Shown piece by piece: positions 15,821 through 24,149 of a DNA stretch of 64,000 bases (its first letter is position 1; each line of letters opens with the position of its first letter). Source of the stretch: Longimicrobiales bacterium (GTDB lineage Bacteria > Gemmatimonadota > Gemmatimonadetes > Longimicrobiales > RSA9); contig DASUXU010000014.1 in NCBI GenBank assembly GCA_036377735.1, positions 6,410 to 70,409 on the forward strand, written 5' to 3'. Both the position numbers and the translations under genes were made by a program. The notes below the pieces were generated by a model. That model saw only the letters and a list, made by a program, of their open reading frames with translations. It was not told the DNA's origin and did not search any database.

Positions 15821-15983
15821 GCTACGGGCGCTCGAGCCATCAATGTAACACGCGGCCTCACCTCTTTCGAGGTCGGCGCATGGTCAGCTTGTCCGCCCGC
15901 CGAACCGCGGCATAGATTGCCGTTCGGCACACCGTACGTGCGGGCTTCATCGGATGGGCCGAACCTCCAGGATCCGGATTCCC

Positions 15984-17876
15984 ATGCAAAGACTGATGCG
16001 CCGCCGCCGGCCGTTCGTGTGTCTATCCGCGTGCCTGCTCGTTGCAGGCCTTGCCACGTGCACGGACAGCCCCACCACCACCGCCGATGCCGTAATCACC
16101 GTCGAACCCGCTGACCAGAGCGTGGTCGCCGGGGCGACGGCAACGTTCGCCGTGACAGCCAGCAACGCCACTTCGTACAAATGGCAGTCCAGGACGGGCC
16201 TCGCCGCTCCCTTCGTGGATATAGCGGGCGCCTCGAGTCCAGGCTACACGACGCCGGCAACGGTTCTCGCGGATCACGGCAAACTCTTCAGGGTGATCGC
16301 CATCGGTGCGAACAATGCCGATACGAGCGCCTCGGCAATGCTGAGTGTAACATCCGCGGCCGTAGCACCCGTGATCACCGCGCACCCCGTGGCGCAGGTC
16401 GTCACCGCCGGCAGCGACGCCACCTTCTCCGTTACCGCGACCGGAACGTCGCTCACATACCAGTGGCAGTGGAGCATCGACGGCGGCACGTCGTTCACCA
16501 ACCTTGCTTCGGAGACGAGCCCGACGCTCATCCGAGGCGTGGTGACACTCGCCGCCAGCGGCCTGCAGTTCCGGGTCGTCGTGACCAATGCCGTCGGCTC
16601 GGTAACGAGCAACCCGGCCCTCCTGACGGTTACTCCCGCACCGGTCGCTCCGGCATTCACTACACAGCCGGACGATCAGAATATCCTCGCGCCCGCTACC
16701 GCAACCTTCACCGCAGCGGCCAGCGGCGTGCCCGCACCGACTCTCCAGTGGCAGGTGAGCACGGGCGCGGCGTTCACCAGCATTCCCGGTGCCACCGGCA
16801 ATGCCTACACGACGGCTGCCACCAGCGGCGCCGACGACGGCAGGATGTTCCGCGCCGTCGCCACGAACGCGTCCGGCTCTGTTGTGAGCAATACAGCCAC
16901 GCTGACCGTCACCGTACCGGTCGCGCCGGTCTTCACGCAGCATCCGCAGGACGTCGTGATTATCGAGGATCAGAATGCGCAGATGACGGTCACAGTGACA
17001 GGCATACCGACACCCACGCTGCAGTGGCAGGTAAGCGCAGCCGGCAGCGCCCTGTGGAACGACATTCCTGGTGCGACCGCAGCGACCATCAGCCTGCCAA
17101 ATACGCTTTCCGTGGACGGTAACAAGTACCGCGTTATCGCCACCAACGGTGTGGGCACACCTGTCGCCAGCAACGTTGCTACACTTACAGTGACCGCGGC
17201 AGCTCCCCCTCTGTCCATTGTGACGACATCACCGCTTCCCGACGCCACGACGAACCTGCCTTACACCGCCACGTTCTCCGCCGCGGGCGGATCACTGCCG
17301 TACACGTGGAGCATGGTGGCCGGTCCGCAGGCTGGGTGGACGCTCGATCCGACCACCGGCCTGCTCAGCGGGACACCCGTATCCGAGGGGTCAGCACGTT
17401 GGACGGTCCGGGTGACCGACAGCTCGAACCCGCCGCAGACGGCTCAGAAGGACTTCGACATCACGATCCAGTTCCAGTGTGACAGGGGATTCGGCTTTGC
17501 GTCGGTCGCAAACGCGCCGCCGACCGTCGAGGGAAGGTTCTGCCCGGGATCATTCAATCCTCCTGGCGACCCGTCCGGTGGACAGGTTTCGGCCGTGTGG
17601 TTCGAGCAGTATCCGTACGGTAACGGGTCTTACTTCGAGTCCCTTGCAGTGAACTACAACGGTCTGACCGGCGAGCTGCTCGCGGTGTCCTTCCACCTCA
17701 GCGATCCCACGAGGACGATTACCTATTTGTGCCTCCCGGTAGGAGACGCCAACCATCCGTCGTGCACCGGCGTGACGTTCAACCTGGGATCCGGAGTCAT
17801 CAGGTTCGAAAATACGCTGGTCTCCAGCGGCAGCTCCCCGGGCTACATCCTGAACGGCGAGCTGTTCATGCACTAA
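15984..17876 (+). CDS. Cell-surface/secreted lipoprotein with four tandem Ig-like repeats, one He_PIG/cadherin-like Ig domain and a Cys-containing C-terminal domain
   Basis: The signal peptide carries a lipobox-like LATC. Four repeats of about 93 aa each contain a [YL]xWQ motif and end in L(T/L)VT. These are followed by LPDATTNLPYTATFSAAGGSLPYTWS. The last ~150 aa contain 5 Cys and no motif I recognise. The start at 15984 is the second in-frame ATG of track ORF 15954. Confidence 0.75.
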   Translation: MQRLMRRRRPFVCLSACLLVAGLATCTDSPTTTADAVITVEPADQSVVAGATATFAVTASNATSYKWQSRTGLAAPFVDIAGASSPGYTTPATVLADHGKLFRVIAIGANNADTSASAMLSVTSAAVAPVITAHPVAQVVTAGSDATFSVTATGTSLTYQWQWSIDGGTSFTNLASETSPTLIRGVVTLAASGLQFRVVVTNAVGSVTSNPALLTVTPAPVAPAFTTQPDDQNILAPATATFTAAASGVPAPTLQWQVSTGAAFTSIPGATGNAYTTAATSGADDGRMFRAVATNASGSVVSNTATLTVTVPVAPVFTQHPQDVVIIEDQNAQMTVTVTGIPTPTLQWQVSAAGSALWNDIPGATAATISLPNTLSVDGNKYRVIATNGVGTPVASNVATLTVTAAAPPLSIVTTSPLPDATTNLPYTATFSAAGGSLPYTWSMVAGPQAGWTLDPTTGLLSGTPVSEGSARWTVRVTDSSNPPQTAQKDFDITIQFQCDRGFGFASVANAPPTVEGRFCPGSFNPPGDPSGGQVSAVWFEQYPYGNGSYFESLAVNYNGLTGELLAVSFHLSDPTRTITYLCLPVGDANHPSCTGVTFNLGSGVIRFENTLVSSGSSPGYILNGELFMH

Positions 17877-18493
17877 CGGTCGCGGCCGCGCGCTCCCAGG
17901 GCGAGCACCATCGCCAGGAGCGCGATTGCCAGCGCACCGAGCGACACGAACAGCGGCAGCTTCGCCGGGTTGCCGCTGTCCGTGTCTTCTGTCGCATCAG
18001 AAGCCGTATCCGAGCCGTTCGTGGCAGCAGACGCGTCGCCGACAGCAGTCACGGACGCCGGCTTGTCCGACCCGGGCGCGCCGGTCCACTCGACGCGCTC
18101 GCCGTCCGCATACGTCTGATATGCCGGCCACGTGATCTGTGCGGCCTCACGCGGATTCACGGCAATGAATGGAAACTCGACGAACCGCGCGGGCGCGAGC
18201 GTACCGGTCCATGACGCGCCGATGATGCGCTGCGCGGAATCCTTCTGCACTTCGAGCGCCCAGCCTTCCACGTCACCGAACGAGACCACAGTGACATTCG
18301 CCGGAAACCGGATCTCGACGCGCGTCGTCGCGATGTCGCGCTCGTTCGGAACGCGCAGCACGTAACGTTCGTACGCGCCGGGTTTTGCAGCCGCCGGATA
18401 AACCACTGCATGAGCCAGTACCTGTGATGCTGCAACCGCCATCAGCGCGAGCAGCAGCCCGGGAGGAAGCATGCGACGGATACGTTCACTCAT
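17873..18493 (-). CDS. ycnI: YcnI/DUF1775 family copper-binding protein with C-terminal TM anchor
   Basis: Signal cleavage at ..VLA-HAVVYP would expose an N-terminal His. The protein has the DUF1775 core (YERYVLRVPNERD), a Thr/Ser/Asp linker and a TM tail. Its start forms an ATGA overlap with the CopCD stop (18490-18493). Confidence 0.8.
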   Translation of the reverse strand: MSERIRRMLPPGLLLALMAVAASQVLAHAVVYPAAAKPGAYERYVLRVPNERDIATTRVEIRFPANVTVVSFGDVEGWALEVQKDSAQRIIGASWTGTLAPARFVEFPFIAVNPREAAQITWPAYQTYADGERVEWTGAPGSDKPASVTAVGDASAATNGSDTASDATEDTDSGNPAKLPLFVSLGALAIALLAMVLALGARGRDR

Positions 18494-19875
18494 GGCATTA
18501 CCATCGACTGGAGAGAGTCAGCAGCGGCCGGGCTTTCCGGCGGCGACGTGTATGCGAGCGCGCCCGCGAGCAGGAACGCCAGTACGATTACGACGACCTC
18601 GAGGACCACCGTCCGCCGCAGCCGGTCCACCGCCTCGCCTCGCAGTACGGCGGGCAGGTTCCGGAACTTGTTGATCGCGCCCATCGCAATCAGCACCACG
18701 AGCACGCCCGCCTTCGCAAGGGACAGCACACCGTATTTCGTCGTGAGGATCTGCCCGGGCGTGAGCAGAACGAGGGACTGCGCCACGCCGGAGGCCGCGA
18801 GCAGGACCACACCGATCAATGCGACGGTGGACACGCGCAGCGCAGTATCCGCGATGACCGTGGCCTCGACGTGAGGCGGCGTCCGGCGCAGCAGCACCAG
18901 CAGCCCGCCGAGCCACATGGCGGCGGCGGCAAGGTGGACGGCCTTGAGCGGCAGCAGGAGCAGCGGATGGATCGCCGCTGCATGGCCGATCGCAACGGTG
19001 GCAAAGAGAGCGAGCCACGCGAACGCCGTCGCCCACGCGATCCGGCGGGTGATGACCACGCACGCGAGTGCGATCAGCGTGAACACGACGCGCGCGATCT
19101 CCGCGCGCGCCGCGGCCGTCCCGAGTGCGCGCATACTCGACCCCGGCGCGTCCCCCGTCGCATAGAAGGACCACGCCACTGCGTGCGCCGCCGACAGCAG
19201 GAACGCGCCCGCGGCGAGCCAGGTCAGCAGGCCGTGCGTGTCGCGGCGGCGCTCTTCGTCCGTGCGCCAGCCGATGAATGCGAGCAGGCCCGCGGTCGCG
19301 AGGATGAAGAAAGCGGCAGCCGCACGCAGCATGGCAGGCAGCACCGGTACCTCGGGCCACGCCTCGAGGCGCTCATGCTCTACCTGAGCCGCGTCCCGTG
19401 CGGAGTCCACCGTCGCACCTGAGACCGGTGGCGTCAGCGCCGGAGTCGCCGCGGAATCGGCGGTGGCCGTGTCTCCCTCCACAGTGAATGCGAACGAGCC
19501 GTCGACGGGATGACCGTCGGCTGACACCACGTGCCACACCACGCTGTATTTCCCTGCCCCGCCGCTGAGCCAGTCGGACAGCGCCGCGTGCACGTCACGG
19601 CCGTCCGCACGCACGCGCAGCTGCCTCGCCACGCCGTCCGGTCCGGTGATCGTGATGGTGGCGAGCGATGCCTCGATCGGCTCACTGAACACCAGACGTA
19701 CGGGTATGTGCACGCCCGGACGGAGTATGGTATCTGCGGCGGGCGTGGAGGACAGCAGACGCGTGTGCGCGCTGGCGGGCGATGCAATGGCGAGAACGGC
19801 CAGCGTGCACAGCGTTAGGAGCCCCGCGAGCCGGAACAGCCGGCCCGCGGTGGGAACGAGTGTCAGTGCTGCCAT
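18490..19875 (-). CDS. CopC-CopD fusion protein (YcnJ-like copper transporter)
   Basis: Signal cleavage at ..ASA-HTRLLSSTP is followed by a CopC domain with the SADGHPV motif. A multi-TM CopD domain of about 330 aa follows. The gene overlaps the TonB-receptor stop by 13 nt. Confidence 0.85.
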   Translation of the reverse strand: MAALTLVPTAGRLFRLAGLLTLCTLAVLAIASPASAHTRLLSSTPAADTILRPGVHIPVRLVFSEPIEASLATITITGPDGVARQLRVRADGRDVHAALSDWLSGGAGKYSVVWHVVSADGHPVDGSFAFTVEGDTATADSAATPALTPPVSGATVDSARDAAQVEHERLEAWPEVPVLPAMLRAAAAFFILATAGLLAFIGWRTDEERRRDTHGLLTWLAAGAFLLSAAHAVAWSFYATGDAPGSSMRALGTAAARAEIARVVFTLIALACVVITRRIAWATAFAWLALFATVAIGHAAAIHPLLLLPLKAVHLAAAAMWLGGLLVLLRRTPPHVEATVIADTALRVSTVALIGVVLLAASGVAQSLVLLTPGQILTTKYGVLSLAKAGVLVVLIAMGAINKFRNLPAVLRGEAVDRLRRTVVLEVVVIVLAFLLAGALAYTSPPESPAAADSLQSMVMP

Positions 19876-22199
19876 TGCACCCCCGCGTAGATCGACCGGC
19901 GATCCGCCGGCAGGAAGGAACGGCCCGCTGCGTCATCGACGGTGACCGCGGCGGCATACACCCGGTCCGTGATGTTGCGGGCCTCGACGAACAGCTTTGC
20001 CTGTAGTGTCGGAATCAGCATTTCCGCTCTGCCTGAGAATACGAGCCAGCCATTGTTGTTGACTGTGTTCGCGCTGTTCACCCAGTAGTCGCCGGTGACC
20101 CACTGCACATTGGGCCGCAGGATCAGCCCGGTCGGGTGTCTGTAGGTGAGCTCCGCGTCCAGTGTGTGGTCCGGCGCACCGGGGAGCTTGTTGCCCGCGT
20201 AGGCGGAGTCCCGCATGAACCGGAAATCGCTGCGCGTATACGCCAGTCGGCCGGTCAGAATGTCCCCGCCCGCCGCATCCGTGAGCAGTCCGGAGCCGAG
20301 CTGCCGCTGAACGCCGAGCTCGATGCCGCGGTGGCGCGTGCGCTCCGCGTTACGATACGTGGGCACCGTGAAGGGCGCATCCGGGAACGGCTGCACGTTC
20401 TCGTTGAGGATTTCGTCCCTCACCGTGATGTGGTAGACGGCCGCGTCCCAGTTCCATCCGTGTGCGTTGCCGCGCGTGCCGACCTCGAGCTGCCGCGCAT
20501 CCTGCGCGCGCACGTCCACGAACCCTGGTGTCGCCAGGCTGTTGAGCTCCAGCAGCAGCGGCGGCTCGAACGTGCGGCTGGCATTCGCATAGATCTGGCC
20601 GTTCACGGATGGCAGCTCGTACAGCAACCCGGCGCGCGGCGTGAACGCCTCGAACCGCCTGCGTCCTGTCTGGTCCCCGTCCGAGAGGAAGTGGTCGTCG
20701 ACGGAGCGCAGCGAAGAGGCCCAGCGCAGGCCGAGCACGGTGCTGAGCCGCGGCGTGGCGTAGAAGCGGTCCTCGAGGTAGAGCGCCAGCGTGCCTGCCT
20801 CATCGAGTTGATCCTTCCGCCGCTCCCCCTCTTCCCCGGCGATGTTGTCGAAGTTGCGGTTGTCCACGTTGCCGAACGCGTACTGCACGCCCACGCTCAG
20901 CCGGTTCTGGCGTGATCCCAGGGCGCCGGTGTTCTCGTAGCGCACCTCCGTCCCCGCGTCGCGGCTGATCTGGTCGATGACGCGGAAGATCGGGTGGACG
21001 ATATCCCGATACTGGATGTACGGCGCAACCTCGATGCGTTGTGTCTTGCTCAGCTGAGCCCGGAGCTGCACACCCAGGTGGTGCAGCGTGTAGTCCCGGC
21101 CGTGTCGGTTCGCCACGTTGCCGGCGACTGCCGCGCGCGGATTCGCCGCCAGCTCTTCTGCGGTCAGCGACCCGGGTAGCTCCTCGGAGATGTCGGCGAA
21201 CAGGTAGAACGCCCGCGCATCCACGTTCGGCGAGACCAGCCAGCCCGCATGCAGGTTGACCCGGTCGCGCTGCTGTGCGGACCACGCGCGGTAGCCGTCC
21301 ATCTGGGTGCGCGCGTAGCTGGCGTAGTAGTCGAACGGTCCCTGCACGCCGCCGGAGGACACCTGGCCCTTGAAGAACCCGTAGGCGCCGCCCTGCGCGT
21401 TCACACTCAGCGCATCCGCGTTGTAACCCGTGCGGGTCTCGATGTCCACCGCGCCGCCGAGTGTGGAGCCGCCGAAGCGGAACGCGGATGCGGCCTTGTA
21501 GACCTGGACGCTCTGCGCAGTGAGCAGCTCGATCGACTCGAAGTCCGTGAACCCGTCCGCGTTCCGGTACGGCATCCCGTTGATCAGCAGGTTGATGCCG
21601 CGCAGATGGAAGTTGTTGCGCAGACCACTGCCCCGCACCGAGAGCTGCGTTTCGTCCGCGGCGCCGAACCGCGGCTGCGCGAAGACGCCCGGCGTGTAGC
21701 GCAGTATGTCCGGCAGATTGGCCTGGCGCGTGGCCCGCAGCTCCCGCGGCTCGATCATCGCCACGGAGCCCGGGTTGTCCCTGAGCTGTTCCCGGAGCTC
21801 TGCCGTTGCGCGCCCGCTGCCGATGACGGTTACCGCGCCCAGATCGACGGCGCTCGGCACCAGGGTGATGGTAAACGCCGCAGCGTCAGTCGATGCGGAC
21901 ACGGCATCCTGTGCGACGCGAGCCGCGGTGTAACCAATCCGCTCCACGCTCACGCCGTAGCGGCGTTCACTCAGGCCGCTGACGCGATAGCGGCCGTCGT
22001 CACCGGTGACCACGCTGAGCCGGGTCCCTTCCACAGTGACCGTGGCGCCTGCTACCGGCGCGCCCGACGTGTCCTGGACGACACCGCGGAGAGCGGCACC
22101 CTGTGCGTTCAGATCCCGCGGCGTCGCCACCATGAGCGCCGTACCCACGACTACGAACGCTGCACGCAGAGCGCGCAGATATTTCGATTTGCCCGACAT
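19863..22199 (-). CDS. TonB-dependent outer-membrane receptor with N-terminal CarboxypepD_reg-like domain
   Basis: It has a signal peptide, a GVVQDTSGAPVAGATVTV carboxypeptidase-regulatory-like domain, a plug (LPDILRYTPGVF) and a long beta-barrel. The C-terminus ends aromatic (VQWQH). Confidence 0.9.
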   Translation of the reverse strand: MSGKSKYLRALRAAFVVVGTALMVATPRDLNAQGAALRGVVQDTSGAPVAGATVTVEGTRLSVVTGDDGRYRVSGLSERRYGVSVERIGYTAARVAQDAVSASTDAAAFTITLVPSAVDLGAVTVIGSGRATAELREQLRDNPGSVAMIEPRELRATRQANLPDILRYTPGVFAQPRFGAADETQLSVRGSGLRNNFHLRGINLLINGMPYRNADGFTDFESIELLTAQSVQVYKAASAFRFGGSTLGGAVDIETRTGYNADALSVNAQGGAYGFFKGQVSSGGVQGPFDYYASYARTQMDGYRAWSAQQRDRVNLHAGWLVSPNVDARAFYLFADISEELPGSLTAEELAANPRAAVAGNVANRHGRDYTLHHLGVQLRAQLSKTQRIEVAPYIQYRDIVHPIFRVIDQISRDAGTEVRYENTGALGSRQNRLSVGVQYAFGNVDNRNFDNIAGEEGERRKDQLDEAGTLALYLEDRFYATPRLSTVLGLRWASSLRSVDDHFLSDGDQTGRRRFEAFTPRAGLLYELPSVNGQIYANASRTFEPPLLLELNSLATPGFVDVRAQDARQLEVGTRGNAHGWNWDAAVYHITVRDEILNENVQPFPDAPFTVPTYRNAERTRHRGIELGVQRQLGSGLLTDAAGGDILTGRLAYTRSDFRFMRDSAYAGNKLPGAPDHTLDAELTYRHPTGLILRPNVQWVTGDYWVNSANTVNNNGWLVFSGRAEMLIPTLQAKLFVEARNITDRVYAAAVTVDDAAGRSFLPADRRSIYAGVQWQH

Positions 22200-22271
22200 T
22201 CAAGATCTCCATGCATGCGGCCGCGCCCGGCGCGATGTGCACAGGCACGCGGGTCCGTCATTCGTTCAGGT

Positions 22272-22724
22272 TCAGCCCTGGATCGAAGACGGTGCTGCTG
22301 GAGGAGCGATGCCGTACGGCAGGAGGTCCAGCTGGAGCGATGCCGGCGCGCCCGATGCTGCCGGAGCATGCGGCACCACGGTGACGTGCGTGCTGCCGTC
22401 GGCCAGTGCGTCGGCATGCGGGACGGGGACGGCCGCAGCGATCGAACAGGTGCCGAGGCACGTGCAGATGTCCGCGTGACCGCCGTCGTGCGTGGCTCCG
22501 TCACCGGACGGCGCGGCGTGGCCGTCATGACCCGCATGAGGCGACGGCGTGCCCGCTGACGGCTGCGCGGGGGCCGAGGCTGTATCGTGAGCGGCGGCCG
22601 AGAGGCTATGATGCTGGCAGGGATCGAGGCCGAACGCGTCCGTGGCGATCCCGCCGAGCAGCAGGACCGACAGGAACAGCGCCACCATGCGCTGCACCGG
22701 ACGGACGGACGAAGAGCGCCTCAT
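22272..22724 (-). CDS. Small secreted His-rich protein with C-x-C-x3-C motif (possibly DUF2946-like)
   Basis: The ATG at 22724 gives MRRSSSVRPVQRMVALFLSVLLLGGIATDAFG, a signal peptide. The mature part contains many His (CQHH, HAGHDGH, THDGGH, PHADA, HVTVVPH) and ICTCLGTC. It is the first gene upstream of the TonB receptor on the same strand. The family assignment is from memory only. Confidence 0.55.
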   Translation of the reverse strand: MRRSSSVRPVQRMVALFLSVLLLGGIATDAFGLDPCQHHSLSAAAHDTASAPAQPSAGTPSPHAGHDGHAAPSGDGATHDGGHADICTCLGTCSIAAAVPVPHADALADGSTHVTVVPHAPAASGAPASLQLDLLPYGIAPPAAPSSIQG

Positions 22725-22805
22725 AACCGTGGATTCTAGGCTGAAAACGGGTTCGTGGCAATCACCGCGGGCCTGTCCGGCACCGACTTTGCCCCTTGGG
22801 AGACC

Positions 22806-24146
22806 ATGACTCAGGACACCGCCGGACCCCGCTCGCGGCCCCTGTCGCCGCACAGGCTCTTCGGCCAGCCCAAGATGGCTGCGCTCCTCATTCTCGGCTT
22901 CTCCTCCGGCCTGCCGCTGTTCCTGACCAGTCGCACCCTCCAGGCCTGGATGACCATCGAGAATGTCGACCTCACCACGATCGGACTGTTCAGCCTCGTC
23001 GGCCTGCCCTACTCCCTGAAGTTCATCTGGGCACCCTTCATCGACCGCTTCATACCCCCGCTCCTGGGGCGCCGTCGCGGATGGATCCTGATCGCGCAGG
23101 TCATGCTCATGCTGATGATCGGCTGGATGTCTATGCGCGATCCGGAGCGCGGTCTCCAGCTGCTCGCGTTCAATGCCCTGATGATCGCATTCTTCAGCGC
23201 CACGCAGGACGTGGCGATCGATGCCTACCGCGCGGATGTGCTCGACGAGCGCGAAATGGCCGGTGGCGCCGCGATCTACGTCGTCGGCTACAGAATCGCG
23301 CTGATCGTCGCAGGCTCCGTCGCCTTCATTCTCGCGGACCGCATCGCATGGCCCGCCACGTATCTCGTACTCTCCGGCCTGATGCTCATCGGCATCATCG
23401 GCAGCTTCATGGCGCCGGAGCCGAAGATGTATGAGTCGCCGCCGCGCAGCTTCCGGGACGCCGTCTACCTGCCGTTCGCGGAGTTCTTCACACGCGCGGG
23501 CGTCGGCAAGGGTTTCGCCGTTCTGCTCTTCATCATCCTCTACAAGCTCTCGGACAGCCTCGCCCAGAACATGGCGACGCCGTTTCTGCTCGACACCGGT
23601 TTCTCGCAGACGGACATCGGTGCAATTGCAGGAGGTCTGGGGCTTGGTGCAACGATCGTCGGGGCACTGGTGGGCGGTGCGATTGCGGGGCGCATCGGCA
23701 TCAACCGCTCGCTGTGGGTCTTCGGCGGGCTCCAGGCGGTCAGCAACCTGATGTATTACTTCCTCTCAGTCATCGGGAAGAGCTACCCGTTCCTGGTGAG
23801 CACCATGCTCGTCGAAAACTTCTGCACGGGTCTCGTCACTGCCGGCTTCCTCGCGTTCCTCATGAGCATGTGCAGCGTGCGGTTCTCTGCGACGCAGTTC
23901 GCGCTGCTGTCGAGTCTCATGGCGGCCAGTCGCGACATCATCGTCGCGCCTGCGGGCGGCATTGCCGATGCGACGGGATGGCCGTCGTTCTTCCTGATCA
24001 CACTGGCTGCGGGGATTCCGGGACTACTGCTGCTGCCGGTGTTCGCGCCGTGGAACGCAGACCGGCCGACGGTTGCAGCGACGCATACTGGTGAAACGGT
24101 GGACCCGCGCGACGCACTGGAGTCGGCGAGGAAAGGCGAGGACTGA
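22806..24146 (+). CDS. ampG: AmpG family muropeptide MFS permease
   Basis: FGQPKMAALLILGFSSGLPLFLTSRTLQAWM matches the AmpG N-terminal signature. The protein is polytopic. The ATG at 22806 has GGGAGA upstream; the track start at 22755 remains possible. Confidence 0.85.
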   Translation: MTQDTAGPRSRPLSPHRLFGQPKMAALLILGFSSGLPLFLTSRTLQAWMTIENVDLTTIGLFSLVGLPYSLKFIWAPFIDRFIPPLLGRRRGWILIAQVMLMLMIGWMSMRDPERGLQLLAFNALMIAFFSATQDVAIDAYRADVLDEREMAGGAAIYVVGYRIALIVAGSVAFILADRIAWPATYLVLSGLMLIGIIGSFMAPEPKMYESPPRSFRDAVYLPFAEFFTRAGVGKGFAVLLFIILYKLSDSLAQNMATPFLLDTGFSQTDIGAIAGGLGLGATIVGALVGGAIAGRIGINRSLWVFGGLQAVSNLMYYFLSVIGKSYPFLVSTMLVENFCTGLVTAGFLAFLMSMCSVRFSATQFALLSSLMAASRDIIVAPAGGIADATGWPSFFLITLAAGIPGLLLLPVFAPWNADRPTVAATHTGETVDPRDALESARKGED

Positions 24147-24149
24147 GGG

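Noticed and set aside
15984-17876. The Ig-repeat protein as the variable target of a diversity-generating retroelement.
   Set aside because: There is no reverse transcriptase gene and no template/variable repeat pair with adenine-specific mismatches. The internal repeats are divergent at the nucleotide level.
22725-22805. A possible metalloregulator operator or riboswitch in the divergent spacer between the copper operon and ampG.
   Set aside because: Only weak, imperfect dyads (AACCGTGG ... ACGGGTT) are present. The 81-nt spacer is too short for a known metal riboswitch. I could not support any specific call.
12129-24146. The beta-lactamase-like gene plus AmpG as an AmpG/AmpR/AmpD-type inducible resistance circuit.
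   Set aside because: The two genes are about 10 kb apart in unrelated transcription units. No AmpR or AmpD lies nearby. AmpG is a housekeeping muropeptide permease.
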